This document shows, piece after piece, positions 35,794-46,404 of a DNA stretch of 64,000 nt. The stretch lies in the NCBI GenBank assembly GCA_964351525.1, contig CAYGOD010000001.1, forward strand, positions 78,534 to 142,533, written 5' to 3'. How positions within the stretch are numbered: position 1 is the first letter of the stretch; the number at the start of each line of letters is the position of its first letter. Origin of the DNA: an uncultured Bdellovibrionales bacterium (GTDB taxonomy: Bacteria > Pseudomonadota > Alphaproteobacteria > Micavibrionales > GCA-2720935). The position numbers were made by a program, and so were the translations under genes. Below the pieces are notes generated by a model. The model saw nothing but the letters and a program-made list of their open reading frames with translations, made no database searches and was not told the origin of the DNA.

Positions 35794-38700
35794 CTAAAGT
35801 TTCAAAGATTTCTGACGACTTGTAATAATGAACTGTCCAACCTCAGTGTCAGCAGTAAAATGACCTTCTGCGCGATTGATCTCTGCATCATCGCCAATAC
35901 CAGATATCATGTTGCCTTCAATTAATTCATAAGGCATTTCACCTTTTTCAAGACGCCCTTTGCCCAAAACAACGCGTTGTATTTTTTCGTCTTTCTTTAG
36001 GGCTTGATCGGCAACAGCATCTAAAAAAGCCTCTCTTAAGAAGTCAAAGTCGGCATTTCTGCGCTGCCAAGAATTTAGCACGAGATTGCCATCTTTTGAT
36101 ACCCAGCTGTGGAAAGCGCCAACAATTTGATCATTTTTGTTTTTAATGGCATAGGCGCTGGCTTCTTCGCCCTTAAACATTGCCAAAGCAAGATCGCGTC
36201 CTTGGTTTGCCAAATGAACGCATGAATTAACAAATTGCCCCATCCATAAATTTCGGTAGTCCCCAGGGGGGATGGTTTCTAACGTATAACCAGGTGCGCC
36301 AACATCTGATCCCTTTATAGAAATGTTGGGTAAGGCACGTTTGATTGATTTTTTAGCATTATTTTTAAAACCTTCTACAAAATCAAGACTCTCTTCGAAA
36401 TATTTCTCATCAACACCATTATCAAGTAACACCCTTGCGAGGTCTGGGTTCTTGTCTTTATTCGTGTAAGAACAGTGTTTATGAACAAGCTCTCTAAGAT
36501 CGGCTGGCTTACAACGAGAGAGGTCAATTTTATCAATGCCTGTTTTGTTTTTATTTAAAGAGACAACAGTTTTTTCTAGCTGCGGCGCAAAAGAAAGCCA
36601 TCTTAGGGCGCCAGCACCCCATTTAATCGCTAAGTTCCCCCACAGTTCTTTATTCCATTGGCCCTCACTCGGTAGTGCGAAAAGGCAAGCATTATGCACG
36701 GCCTCTGGTCCTTTGGCATGATTATGTAGATATTTAGAAATTTTATTTATATCGACAAAGAGAGTCGATAATTTGAACGCGTGAAATTCAGCACTGCCAT
36801 TGCTTTCTAGTTTGGAATAATAACGCATTGGTTCTAGAAGTTGTTGATATAGAGCCTCATTAAAATTCGTCGGCGGATTATAGAGAGCATCATCTGTTGG
36901 GATGGTTATTTTATTGTCTTGCCAAATGTCTCGATTTTTTGCAATGCGATCTAGCGCCTTATACATCGTTTCGAACATAGGTGTTTTTAAAGTTTCTATA
37001 TCTTCGTCTGATAATAACATAGGAAATTCTCTTGCTAGTAAAAGTCTTTTTTTGTGATCTTCAGCGCCAAAAAGAAAACCCGAGAAAAAAGCTTTAGCGT
37101 CATCTGCCTTATAGTCTTTGATCTTTGTTATCATCTCAATAACATGATCCATCGATTCTGTACTCTTCCATGCTTTCAATATCTCATTCTTGAATTCATA
37201 CGCGACGCGTCTCTGGTATTCTTCCTTTGGATAATAATCTCTGGCTGTTTTGTACCATAGATCAATAAGAGACGAGACCGCACCATGATTTTTTTCATCA
37301 TTGGCTATTTTAAAGCTATCAGTAAACGGGGCGTAGTCGCAGTCTCTTGAATTGATAGAACCAAAAACAGACTCGATAAGGCTTTTTTTACTTTCTTTGG
37401 TCGACCGACGATCATATTCTTTCTGAACGAAGGCGTAGACCAAAGAAAGAGATTGACTGTATTCGCCTTCCTCGATTTCTTGGCCATTGCTATACAGGCT
37501 ACATTGATTTTCGCGGCGGCGGTCTTCTCTGGTTGGTATCGTGACAAGTGTTTTAATCACTGAATTAATAATATATTCAGCTTCTTCCGTGTTCTCTTTT
37601 GGGCTGTTCTCTAAATACTTTAACAAAGTAGAAACAGTATTTTTGTCTCTTGTTAATGTCGCGCGGTGTAAAAGGTGGCGACGAATAACTTCATGATAGC
37701 CCCTGTTTTTTTGGTCGTCATTTTTTGGGGATCTTTGACGGTCTTGTTCTGTTGCAAAGCCACATAAGACCTTAAAGTCATCGGCATGACCATATTCTAA
37801 GGCTCTATTTAAAGCCGCTGTAAAATATTCTTTATTTTTTAAGGATATAGGATTAAGGACTTTTTTATTATGATTGCGCAATAATGTGAGGCGATCTTCA
37901 ATGTCCGACCACTTTAATGATGTCTCAAAACGGCTTTGTATATCGTAGTATGATAACTCTTTTTTACTGCCATATGAGCGCTCTAGGTATTGTCTAATAT
38001 AGTTAAAAAAATGTGTTTTATAATCGCGTCCATCTTCTTTTTGCCATTGCTCTATGATATCGATAAAGCTATTTAATGCGTCTGGATAGCGATTAAAAAA
38101 AACGTTAGAGGACATCCAGTGTCTAGTGTTTTCATTCTTGTTCTGAATATCCGTGTGCATACGATCATTCATAATTGCTTCACGGTCTTCGAGATTTAAG
38201 CTTAAAGCTTCATTCTTGAACATAGTTACAACATCTATATTCTTGTGTGCTAAAGCGGTAACAAGGTTAGCACGGATATAACGCCCCCAAGATCCAGTTG
38301 TTTGGCAGAGCTCATCTGCTTCTTGTAATAACGATTTAATTTCGTTAAAAATAGGGACAGGGTTTTCATTGTCTTGAATGTCAGGTAGAATCCCTATCTG
38401 AAAAAAAGCATAAGGCGTTTTATAGTCCTTTTTGGATTGATTAAAATAATATCTATAATTGTTCTTCATGATGGCGATTGATTTCACCATAAGATCACGG
38501 TCACGATTACGGATGGCTAAATGACAGGTCTCTTTAATGGTTTCAAAAACGTCATCTTTGCCCTGTCGCGGTAAGGGGTGCTTATCTTTATTGCTTCTAT
38601 ACCCGTAACTACCAAATTTTTTATGCCGTGCAGAAGAACGCCATTCTTCTTGGCGTTTAGTAAAGTGTGGGAATAATGGATTGTTGTAATGATCTAGAAC

Positions 38701-39093
38701 CCAAGACAGAATTGATGTTTGATTGTTTCTCAGCGCGTGACGGCTAATTCGCCCTAATAAATGCCAATAGGTATCCTTCATTTTTGATGCATCAATCTGA
38801 AGTGTTTTTAGAAAATCAAAATGACCTGGAATATCCCAGCGTATTTTACTTGTATCGCTTTGTTGTGTGTTACTGGCAGCTGTAAAATTAAAAGCACTAT
38901 GTAGGTATTGCAATGACGGTAATCCAATTGATACGGCCATATAGCGATTGAAGAGAGCATTTAATAAATTAACATCATTATGGCGCAATGCATCCAATAT
39001 CATTGGTGCAGCCAAATCAATGTCTGTTGCTTTATCCGCGTTTAAAGTGCCCGTATAAAAACGGTGCATAAATTTTAGCTCATGTGAATGCAT
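35794..39093 (-). CDS. Large (1099 aa) hypothetical protein, effector-like, no recognised domain
   Basis: A long uninterrupted ORF with very AT-rich codon usage and no signal peptide. Confidence 0.6.
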   Translation of the reverse strand: MHSHELKFMHRFYTGTLNADKATDIDLAAPMILDALRHNDVNLLNALFNRYMAVSIGLPSLQYLHSAFNFTAASNTQQSDTSKIRWDIPGHFDFLKTLQIDASKMKDTYWHLLGRISRHALRNNQTSILSWVLDHYNNPLFPHFTKRQEEWRSSARHKKFGSYGYRSNKDKHPLPRQGKDDVFETIKETCHLAIRNRDRDLMVKSIAIMKNNYRYYFNQSKKDYKTPYAFFQIGILPDIQDNENPVPIFNEIKSLLQEADELCQTTGSWGRYIRANLVTALAHKNIDVVTMFKNEALSLNLEDREAIMNDRMHTDIQNKNENTRHWMSSNVFFNRYPDALNSFIDIIEQWQKEDGRDYKTHFFNYIRQYLERSYGSKKELSYYDIQSRFETSLKWSDIEDRLTLLRNHNKKVLNPISLKNKEYFTAALNRALEYGHADDFKVLCGFATEQDRQRSPKNDDQKNRGYHEVIRRHLLHRATLTRDKNTVSTLLKYLENSPKENTEEAEYIINSVIKTLVTIPTREDRRRENQCSLYSNGQEIEEGEYSQSLSLVYAFVQKEYDRRSTKESKKSLIESVFGSINSRDCDYAPFTDSFKIANDEKNHGAVSSLIDLWYKTARDYYPKEEYQRRVAYEFKNEILKAWKSTESMDHVIEMITKIKDYKADDAKAFFSGFLFGAEDHKKRLLLAREFPMLLSDEDIETLKTPMFETMYKALDRIAKNRDIWQDNKITIPTDDALYNPPTNFNEALYQQLLEPMRYYSKLESNGSAEFHAFKLSTLFVDINKISKYLHNHAKGPEAVHNACLFALPSEGQWNKELWGNLAIKWGAGALRWLSFAPQLEKTVVSLNKNKTGIDKIDLSRCKPADLRELVHKHCSYTNKDKNPDLARVLLDNGVDEKYFEESLDFVEGFKNNAKKSIKRALPNISIKGSDVGAPGYTLETIPPGDYRNLWMGQFVNSCVHLANQGRDLALAMFKGEEASAYAIKNKNDQIVGAFHSWVSKDGNLVLNSWQRRNADFDFLREAFLDAVADQALKKDEKIQRVVLGKGRLEKGEMPYELIEGNMISGIGDDAEINRAEGHFTADTEVGQFIITSRQKSLKL

Positions 39094-39295
39094 TTATGAT
39101 CTCTATATTTTAAGTTGTCACATTATACATGACTTTATTTATTATGTAAATATTAAATAGCTAAAAAAACTTAGAATAGGATTACATAGGCAGTAAGTTG
39201 AAAATTAAAATGATGTTTCGTTTATGGATGCGGTGTGTGATATGATCAATCGCTATTTAGATAGTACATTCAGTAATGCAGGGGCTGTATAGGTA

Positions 39296-40618
39296 ATGAA
39301 GATATATTTTAATCACATCGCTTTTAAAGATTCCAAGGGAGCGCTTAAGGGTTCTTTTAATATAAGGCGCCGTAATTTTATTAAACAGGCAGGGCTCTTG
39401 ACTATCGGTCTTGCCACGACAATTCATGCGCCTTATGTGTTTGCTAACACACGAGAGACATTGCGGGTTCTGGGGACGCATGTGACCCTGCAAGAGGAGC
39501 TGCGTGTCAGAGCAGAAAAAGAACTTAATCTCAATATCATTTTTGAACCAGGCGGAAGCTCGGAAGTTTTACAAAAAGCCTCTAGCAATCCAGAATCCTT
39601 CGATCTGTATGAACAGTGGTCCGACAGCATGAATGTTTTATGGCGGGCAAGGGCCATTCAGCCGATAGAAATTGATCGGTTAGAATATTGGTCTGAGATT
39701 AATAATTTAACCAAAACGGGATACATACAAAAGGATGCCAAGATTGGTGCTGGCGATGCACCCCATAAATTATTATATGTTCAAGGTGATGGTCGTTTAG
39801 GTGACAATGAAACCAAAGAAATTAGTTTTCTACCCTACGTTCATAACACGGATTCATTTGGATATAATACAAATTATATTGAGGCTGGTATCCCTTATGA
39901 AACAGAAAGTTGGGGATGGTTGTTTGATGAAAAGAACAAGGGCAAAGTTGCTTTGGTCAATGCGCCAACAATAGGTATTTTTGATGCTGCGTTAGCGGCG
40001 CAAGCGCAGGGTATGATGACATTTGAAGATATTGGTAATATGTCTCGCAATGAAATCGATGGGTTGTTCAATATTATGATTGATTTAAAACAGCAAGGGC
40101 ATTTCAGTGGAATATGGAATTCTGTTCCAGAATCGATCTCATTTTTTAAGAATAATCGCGCATCAATAGGGAGTATGTTTTCCCCTGCCGCTTCAGAATT
40201 AAATGGTCTAAACGTTCCTGTGCGTTATGCGGCACCCAAAGAGGGATACCGAGCGTGGCATGGCGTTATGTGTCTCTCGTCTAAAGCCAAAGGTAAGGTC
40301 AAGGACGCGGCTTATAAATATATGAATTGGTGGCTTTCTGGATGGCCAGGTGCATTTATTGCACGACAAGGCTATTATATTTCTAATCCACAACGGTCAC
40401 GTGACCTTTTAAGTGAAAATGAGTGGGGCTATTGGTATGATGGACAACCAACGCAAGAAGCCTTGAAAAACACATCTGGCAATATTGCCGTTAAGGCAGG
40501 GAGTTCCCGTAATGGCGGTGCCTATGAAACACGGTTTAGCAATATTGCCGTTTGGAATACTGTTATGCCCAACTATGAATACACATTGCCACGTTGGCAT
40601 GAGTTTATTCTGTCATAG
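39296..40618 (+). CDS. Periplasmic solute-binding protein (ABC/PotD-like family) with Tat-type signal
   Basis: Contains RRRNFIKQAGLLTIGLATTIHAPYVFA (twin-arginine signal). The size and pattern fit SBP family 1. No permease or ATPase genes are nearby. Confidence 0.7.
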   Translation: MKIYFNHIAFKDSKGALKGSFNIRRRNFIKQAGLLTIGLATTIHAPYVFANTRETLRVLGTHVTLQEELRVRAEKELNLNIIFEPGGSSEVLQKASSNPESFDLYEQWSDSMNVLWRARAIQPIEIDRLEYWSEINNLTKTGYIQKDAKIGAGDAPHKLLYVQGDGRLGDNETKEISFLPYVHNTDSFGYNTNYIEAGIPYETESWGWLFDEKNKGKVALVNAPTIGIFDAALAAQAQGMMTFEDIGNMSRNEIDGLFNIMIDLKQQGHFSGIWNSVPESISFFKNNRASIGSMFSPAASELNGLNVPVRYAAPKEGYRAWHGVMCLSSKAKGKVKDAAYKYMNWWLSGWPGAFIARQGYYISNPQRSRDLLSENEWGYWYDGQPTQEALKNTSGNIAVKAGSSRNGGAYETRFSNIAVWNTVMPNYEYTLPRWHEFILS

Positions 40619-40636
40619 ATAAGAGATTGCGGTTAG

Positions 40637-42448
40637 ATGTTTTTTCAAAAAATATTATCAAAATTTTCAATTCAAAAACAAATATTGCTAGGGCTATTGC
40701 CTATCATTTTGGTGCTCGGCGTATTGACCATGGTCAGTAATAATAGTTTTAAAAGCTTTATAAAACAATTGGATGAATTGAAAACTGTTACAGAAGAAAA
40801 TGTTGTCTTGCTGGACATTGAAAAAGATATTATAGAGCTACAAAGAAACGTTCTGGTTTATTCTTATGTTGGTTATCGTGGTGTTTTAAGAAAAATTGAA
40901 TATGTACAAGATAGATTGGAGAATAGATTTCGCCTTGTAAAGAAAGTGACTGCATCAGATCCTGAAATTAGCGATCATTTAGAACATATATATAAGAATT
41001 TTAAGAACTATAAGATTGGTTTTAAAGAAGCCGTCAAAGAAAAAGAAATTATTGAACGTTTGAGAAAAGAAGAACTAAATCCTACAATAAATGCGATAAT
41101 TTCAGGAATCAACAAGGTCAATGATGACCTAAGAAAACATCAGAAATTCCAAGAGATGTATGCGTTGGAGCAAGTCAAAAACTATTATCTTAGTATGAAG
41201 CTTTACGCGAATAGTACAGAAATATTCAGCAATGATAGTCAGAAAAAATTAAAGGAAATTTCTCAGGAAGAAACTATTAATAAAATAAACGTTATTGCTG
41301 TGTTCTTGAATGAACAGATGGAGGCCGTCGATTATATCGAAATATTGAAGACTAATATCAAAAAACATAACATGATATATGGTGAACTAGAAATCGCCAA
41401 TCGATCCTATTTGCAACTTGTTAACGTTGTTTTAGCGGGATATGCGTCAGAGATCTCATATTTGTCAAAGAGCCTTGACGGGCTCATTAAAGCGCGCTCT
41501 AATGTTTTGAATAACGCTATTTTTAGTAATGTTACGTCTGTGCGTAATTATCACCTAATTCTGTCATTCATCGCCTGTGTTATTGGTGTGCTAATGGCTT
41601 TGCTGGTCGCACGGGGTATATCCACCCCCGTTAATAAAATGGCGGTCACTCTAAATGCCTTGTCGCAAGGCGATTCAGATATTGAAATTCCCGGTAAAGA
41701 TAGAAATGATGAAGTTGGCGAAATGGCGAAGGCGGCCCATTCCTTTAAGATTATGGCGGATAATCTTGAACGGCAAACAAACGAGCTTGAAGAATTTGCC
41801 TATCGTACATCACATGATTTACGTTCACCGCTTATATCCTCAATTGGTGCTTTAGCAGTTATCAAAAAGGCCGTTACAAAAAAAGATGTAAAAACGGCAC
41901 ATGGTGGTATAGATCTTGTTGAGGGGTCTTTAAGAAAATTAGAGATTTTGGTGCAAGACATTCTTAAGCTTACTGAGACTAAGAATATTGAAGAGGCAAA
42001 AGAGCCAATTATTTTAAGTGATCTTATTGATGATATCTTTAGCAGATTGAAAAATATGGACGGGTTTGAAAGACTCTCTATTTATAGTGATATAGCTGTG
42101 AAAGATTCTGTTTCTTTGGAGAAAAATCGTATCCTTCTTGTGCTCGAAAACTTAATTTCCAATGCCGTTAAATATCAAGACCCTAAAAACCCGAAGCCGT
42201 TTATAAAAATAAATGCTACATATATCAATCAGCAGTTGATCATAAATGTCAAAGACAATGGTCTGGGGATCCCTGAAGAATATAGAGATTCTTTATTCCA
42301 AATGTTTAAGCGGTTTCATCCGAAAACGTCATATGGATCGGGTTTAGGATTATATATGATAAAGAAATCCATTGAAAAAATGGGGGGTGATATATCTTAC
42401 AAGCCCCTGACTTCTGGATCAGAATTCATTATTACAATTTCTGATTAA
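40637..42448 (+). CDS. Membrane sensor histidine kinase (periplasmic helical domain - HAMP - HisKA - HATPase_c)
   Basis: Two TM helices, a HAMP segment (PVNKMAVTLNALSQGD…EVGEMAKA), H-box FAYRTSHDLRSPL, and ATPase boxes SNAVKY, DNGLGIP and GSGLGLY. Confidence 0.85.
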   Translation: MFFQKILSKFSIQKQILLGLLPIILVLGVLTMVSNNSFKSFIKQLDELKTVTEENVVLLDIEKDIIELQRNVLVYSYVGYRGVLRKIEYVQDRLENRFRLVKKVTASDPEISDHLEHIYKNFKNYKIGFKEAVKEKEIIERLRKEELNPTINAIISGINKVNDDLRKHQKFQEMYALEQVKNYYLSMKLYANSTEIFSNDSQKKLKEISQEETINKINVIAVFLNEQMEAVDYIEILKTNIKKHNMIYGELEIANRSYLQLVNVVLAGYASEISYLSKSLDGLIKARSNVLNNAIFSNVTSVRNYHLILSFIACVIGVLMALLVARGISTPVNKMAVTLNALSQGDSDIEIPGKDRNDEVGEMAKAAHSFKIMADNLERQTNELEEFAYRTSHDLRSPLISSIGALAVIKKAVTKKDVKTAHGGIDLVEGSLRKLEILVQDILKLTETKNIEEAKEPIILSDLIDDIFSRLKNMDGFERLSIYSDIAVKDSVSLEKNRILLVLENLISNAVKYQDPKNPKPFIKINATYINQQLIINVKDNGLGIPEEYRDSLFQMFKRFHPKTSYGSGLGLYMIKKSIEKMGGDISYKPLTSGSEFIITISD

Positions 42449-42515
42449 CTGGAAATTTATTTAAATATGCTGTAATTATAAATTAACGGAAAGACATATA
42501 GAGAGACATATTATC

Positions 42516-42893
42516 ATGGAAAAAAAGATTGTCATTATGCTTGTTGATGATAATGAATTGGATCATTTTCTTAATAAAAGTACGATCGCTGACTATAATA
42601 AAGATATAGAGGTGATTAGCGCCTATGACGGGAAAGAGGCTTTGGATATTTTGTCCAAAGCGGACCGCATGCCCGATCTTATTTTGCTAGACATCAACAT
42701 GCCGGGCATGGATGGTTTAGAGTTTTTGGATCACTACAGTAAGTTTGGCGGTGTAAAGACGGTTGTTGCCATGCTCAGTTCTTCTGAACAAGAGGCGGAT
42801 AAAAATAAAGCACTCTCTTATGATTGTGTTGAAACATATTTCATGAAGCCGCTATCCGTAGAAGATTTAGCAGGTATTCAGGCTTTTTCGTAG
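42516..42893 (+). CDS. Single-domain (CheY-like) response regulator
   Basis: Contains MLVDDNELD, DLILLDINMPGMDG (acceptor Asp), VAMLSSS and FMKPL. Confidence 0.85.
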   Translation: MEKKIVIMLVDDNELDHFLNKSTIADYNKDIEVISAYDGKEALDILSKADRMPDLILLDINMPGMDGLEFLDHYSKFGGVKTVVAMLSSSEQEADKNKALSYDCVETYFMKPLSVEDLAGIQAFS

Positions 42894-42932
42894 CTTTCAG
42901 AGGGCGGATTTAGATTAAATCACATGTTGTCA

Positions 42933-43325
42933 TTAAAAGCATTTTGGCTTTGGGACCGTTGCATCGTGGACATGAATGCCATGCTTGATTATTCGTTTGG
43001 CAGAGCGTTCATGGATGGGCGCTAGGATTAGCCCAATAAGAGACATAGTTGCTAAATAGGTATGACCAAATGTATTGTGAACGAACCACGCTTGACGTGC
43101 CCATTTCATTCTAAGTCCTTCCAATGCGCTTGGCTTTAATAACATGAGTGCTTCGATGGCATGGACCCCCTCTATAATGTCTTCTTCTCCATCGCCATGT
43201 TTAACTGATATATAACGATCATCTAGTGTTGTTAAATCTATGTGGGTGATTGCACGAACAGAAATTAATCTGTCGGTGCTTGCAATAATAAAGTCATTAC
43301 GGGCCGTTGATTTTCTTTTATCCAT
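42933..43325 (-). CDS. Small hypothetical protein with one hydrophobic helix
   Basis: The ATG at 43325 overlaps the stop of the upstream gene (…CATGGATAA…), which suggests translational coupling. Confidence 0.45.
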   Translation of the reverse strand: MDKRKSTARNDFIIASTDRLISVRAITHIDLTTLDDRYISVKHGDGEEDIIEGVHAIEALMLLKPSALEGLRMKWARQAWFVHNTFGHTYLATMSLIGLILAPIHERSAKRIIKHGIHVHDATVPKPKCF

Positions 43326-44577
43326 GGCGATATGCGGGCAAAATATTACCCCCAGTTTTCTGGCCAAGAGCAAAATTTTGTTCTATAAAATCAATTATAT
43401 TTTGTGCTGATGCGTGGCGGTTAAAAACGATATTTGGTCCATGATTGTCCAACATGACGGCATGAATTCCAGGACGAATTTCCAAAAGACCATCGGCGGT
43501 ATTTTGTCCGCATTCATGTGATCCACATTCATAGTTTCGCTGTGAGCGCACTGGTATGTGATCGACCATATTGTCTGCAAATGTACCATGAAAATGAACG
43601 ATCGCATCCAAATCGGGGTTTTCATTAAAAATAATGCGCTGTGATTGTCCACCAACAGATGGTTTAGCCCCAAAAGCGATCACGTTATCATTGCCATATG
43701 CTTTTATACGCACCAATCCTGTTTTACTGAGTTTATTGAAATTACTTTTTCGGATCGATGTTAAGAACTCTCCGTCAAGTTCACTGCGCGCCGCAAAATG
43801 ACCAACGGTTTTACCTCTAAATGGTTGATAGGCACCCTTGGCGATAAGATGATTTACAACGCTACGCAAATTATCTGGTATTTCTGAACTATTCCAAGAA
43901 ACCAAGGGTGTATCATGTATAACTTTAGACCGCGTAAACGACAAGTTTGAACGTGCCAAAGACATATCTGTTAACTCTTGCAAGGCATATTGACGGTCTT
44001 GCGTGACACAGTATCGTGCCTCTTCTGGTGTGATAATCATATTATTGCGTGTGACGATATCATTGGCCAGTACCAGATTAACGCTATTCTCTTTCATCAT
44101 CGATAGGGCACGCATATATTGCTCGTCTTGGCTTAAGCCGGCAGTAGCTTTAAAAGCAACAAGGAATATATCTTTACGTTTCTTTCGCACAAGCTTAATG
44201 ATTTTTTCAGCTGTTTTAAGATTGATGGATGCTCCTTGTGCTTCTCTCGATTTCAATCTCTCTGCATATTTACCAGATTTCACATCATCTATCTGACCTT
44301 CAAAGTCAGCTAAAGCGACATTAAAAACAATCATTGATGTTGTTGGATCTGCCACGAGTTTTTCAACCAATGACTTCACATCGTCATTTGTTTCAAGATT
44401 GCTCTGACCTGCACTGGCCATTTTGGTTAAATGTAGGACAACATTCTTATCACATTGCTGATTAAACATGTCAAATAATGTCCGTGCCGTTGAGCCATAT
44501 GCTTGTGATGATATAGCAACATGAGCGCGCACATGATTAACTGTTCCGCCCCCTAAAATATGTATTTTCTTTTGCAT
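43318..44577 (-). CDS. Fusion: CoaB-like (phosphopantothenate-cysteine ligase fold) N-domain + class II aldolase/adducin-like C-domain
   Basis: The N-terminus has IHILGGGTVNHVRAHVAISSQAYGST and VFNVALADF…VKSGKY, resembling CoaB/DFP C-domain motifs. The C-terminus has AIVHFHG…, MLDNHGPNIV and His/Cys ligand-like residues. The ATG at 44577 is preferred. Confidence 0.45.
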   Translation of the reverse strand: MQKKIHILGGGTVNHVRAHVAISSQAYGSTARTLFDMFNQQCDKNVVLHLTKMASAGQSNLETNDDVKSLVEKLVADPTTSMIVFNVALADFEGQIDDVKSGKYAERLKSREAQGASINLKTAEKIIKLVRKKRKDIFLVAFKATAGLSQDEQYMRALSMMKENSVNLVLANDIVTRNNMIITPEEARYCVTQDRQYALQELTDMSLARSNLSFTRSKVIHDTPLVSWNSSEIPDNLRSVVNHLIAKGAYQPFRGKTVGHFAARSELDGEFLTSIRKSNFNKLSKTGLVRIKAYGNDNVIAFGAKPSVGGQSQRIIFNENPDLDAIVHFHGTFADNMVDHIPVRSQRNYECGSHECGQNTADGLLEIRPGIHAVMLDNHGPNIVFNRHASAQNIIDFIEQNFALGQKTGGNILPAYRHG

Positions 44578-44666
44578 GGTAATTTCCCTTTCTGTGGTTA
44601 TGAGAACCACTATGAAGGCAAATAATAGATATATAAAATATATTATTTATATGTTAGTAATAGCTT

Positions 44667-45569
44667 ATGAGTATAAATAGAATTGATATTAAACAGCTTA
44701 AATATTTTTTAGCCGTCGCAGAAGAGTTACATTTTACCCGTGCGGCAAAACGCTTGCATATTTCTCAGCCGCCTTTAAGCATTGCGATTAAAGAGTTAGA
44801 AAGAGAAATGGGAGTTGCTCTTTTTCAGAGAACAAAAAGAGCGGTTTCTTTAACGGATGCGGGGCGTTATCTAAAAGATAAGGCGCCTCTTATCATTGAA
44901 AGTCTTGAACAAACACTTTTATCATCCCAAGCCGTCGCGAACGGTCAAGAAGGGGAGCTGATTATAGGCACAAATTATACGGCCCTTTATCATCCGATAT
45001 TCACCAGATTAACTAATCAGTTTCACAAAAAATATCCTAAGGTTAAATTGAGCTATAAGGATATGCTTTTTTCAGAAACATCAAAAGCCTTGATGGATAA
45101 AACGATTGATCTCAGTTTTACATGGCCTGAAAAAAGATTGCGCTATAAGGATGTTGTATTTCATCCCCTGGCTTTATCTATGTTGCAGTTAACCGTCAGG
45201 TCAGACCACCCTTTGGCGCAAAAGGAAATGATATCGCCAGAAGAACTGCTGGATTACCGATTACTGTTTAGTCCACGCCAAATACACGGACGTCTATATA
45301 ATGATCTTCATCAATTATTGATCAGTAAAAATTTATTATTAAGTACCGCACAAGAAGTTGTTATCTTCCCAATGATCATGCATTTGATAGAATCAGATTA
45401 CGGTATTGGATTCATCCCTAAATTCATGGCAGAGCAAGCGCGAGAAAAGCTTGTCACGTTAAATATTGAGGGTATGTCTAACACATCCTATGGGCTTAAA
45501 ATATCATTGGCCTATAACGCTATGCGATCAAACGTAAAGGTGAAAAACTTTATTGATCTAGCCAAGTAA
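44667..45569 (+). CDS. LysR-family transcriptional regulator
   Basis: The N-terminal wHTH IKQLKYFLAVAEELHFTRAAKRLHISQPPLSIAIKELE. It is divergent from the CoaB-like fusion gene. Confidence 0.9.
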   Translation: MSINRIDIKQLKYFLAVAEELHFTRAAKRLHISQPPLSIAIKELEREMGVALFQRTKRAVSLTDAGRYLKDKAPLIIESLEQTLLSSQAVANGQEGELIIGTNYTALYHPIFTRLTNQFHKKYPKVKLSYKDMLFSETSKALMDKTIDLSFTWPEKRLRYKDVVFHPLALSMLQLTVRSDHPLAQKEMISPEELLDYRLLFSPRQIHGRLYNDLHQLLISKNLLLSTAQEVVIFPMIMHLIESDYGIGFIPKFMAEQAREKLVTLNIEGMSNTSYGLKISLAYNAMRSNVKVKNFIDLAK

Positions 45570-45654
45570 GATCACAATAGATTGATATGAAGCTTTGAAG
45601 AATAATGAAACAAAGATTATTAATTTCGGTCAGACACGATATCAGACGTTACTT

Positions 45655-46269
45655 TTATGACGTGTATTTTTTAACGAAAATTTCGCCGCCGATATCATTT
45701 GTCGACATATCGACTGAATCACGTGCTTCATCCAAAAAACTTCGGCTGGAATAGAGCTTAGATTCGTATAAGCCCGTCTGTTCGATGCAATCAGATATAA
45801 ACATGCCGCTTTTTATATCGCCACCATGCCATAAATTAGCGATAATCGATGGTTTGGTATTCTTAATCGCACTAACCCAATTTTCAGGGTTACGCGATAA
45901 ATCGCTTTGTTTCATTTCTATATAACCATCTGGATAATCTCTAGAGCTACGAAGGATACAGCTAAAAACCAATAATTCTAGTTGGGTGCCGTTAAAAGCA
46001 TTTTTTAAAAAATCTGCTTTATAATTTAAATCGCAGACATTAACACGCGTATCAGACGCTAGGCGATAATCGATATCTGCAAGATTTCTGTTAACAGCAT
46101 TGAGATAAGACTCTTCAAATTCATCTAAAAGACCCTCATCATGTTTGTGCATATAGGCACCAACCATTCCAATATTAAAAAGGGGCTTTAGCCCATCATT
46201 TTCTGATGCATCTAAGAGTTCTTGGAATCTATCTGTCAATATGGCTTTAATTATAGGCATGGTGAACAT
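45655..46269 (-). CDS. Hypothetical protein
   Basis: A 204-aa ORF. No motif recognised. Confidence 0.45.
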   Translation of the reverse strand: MFTMPIIKAILTDRFQELLDASENDGLKPLFNIGMVGAYMHKHDEGLLDEFEESYLNAVNRNLADIDYRLASDTRVNVCDLNYKADFLKNAFNGTQLELLVFSCILRSSRDYPDGYIEMKQSDLSRNPENWVSAIKNTKPSIIANLWHGGDIKSGMFISDCIEQTGLYESKLYSSRSFLDEARDSVDMSTNDIGGEIFVKKYTS

Positions 46270-46404
46270 ACTATAACGAGGGCTTGATTATGTCATGTAA
46301 TATCAGGCCTAACATCGAGTAAAAATACCAGAAAAAATGTTATTTTTCGTTTTTCTCTTGCGTCTGATAATGTTGTATTATGTTAAATAAATAAGGAGAA
46401 AAAC

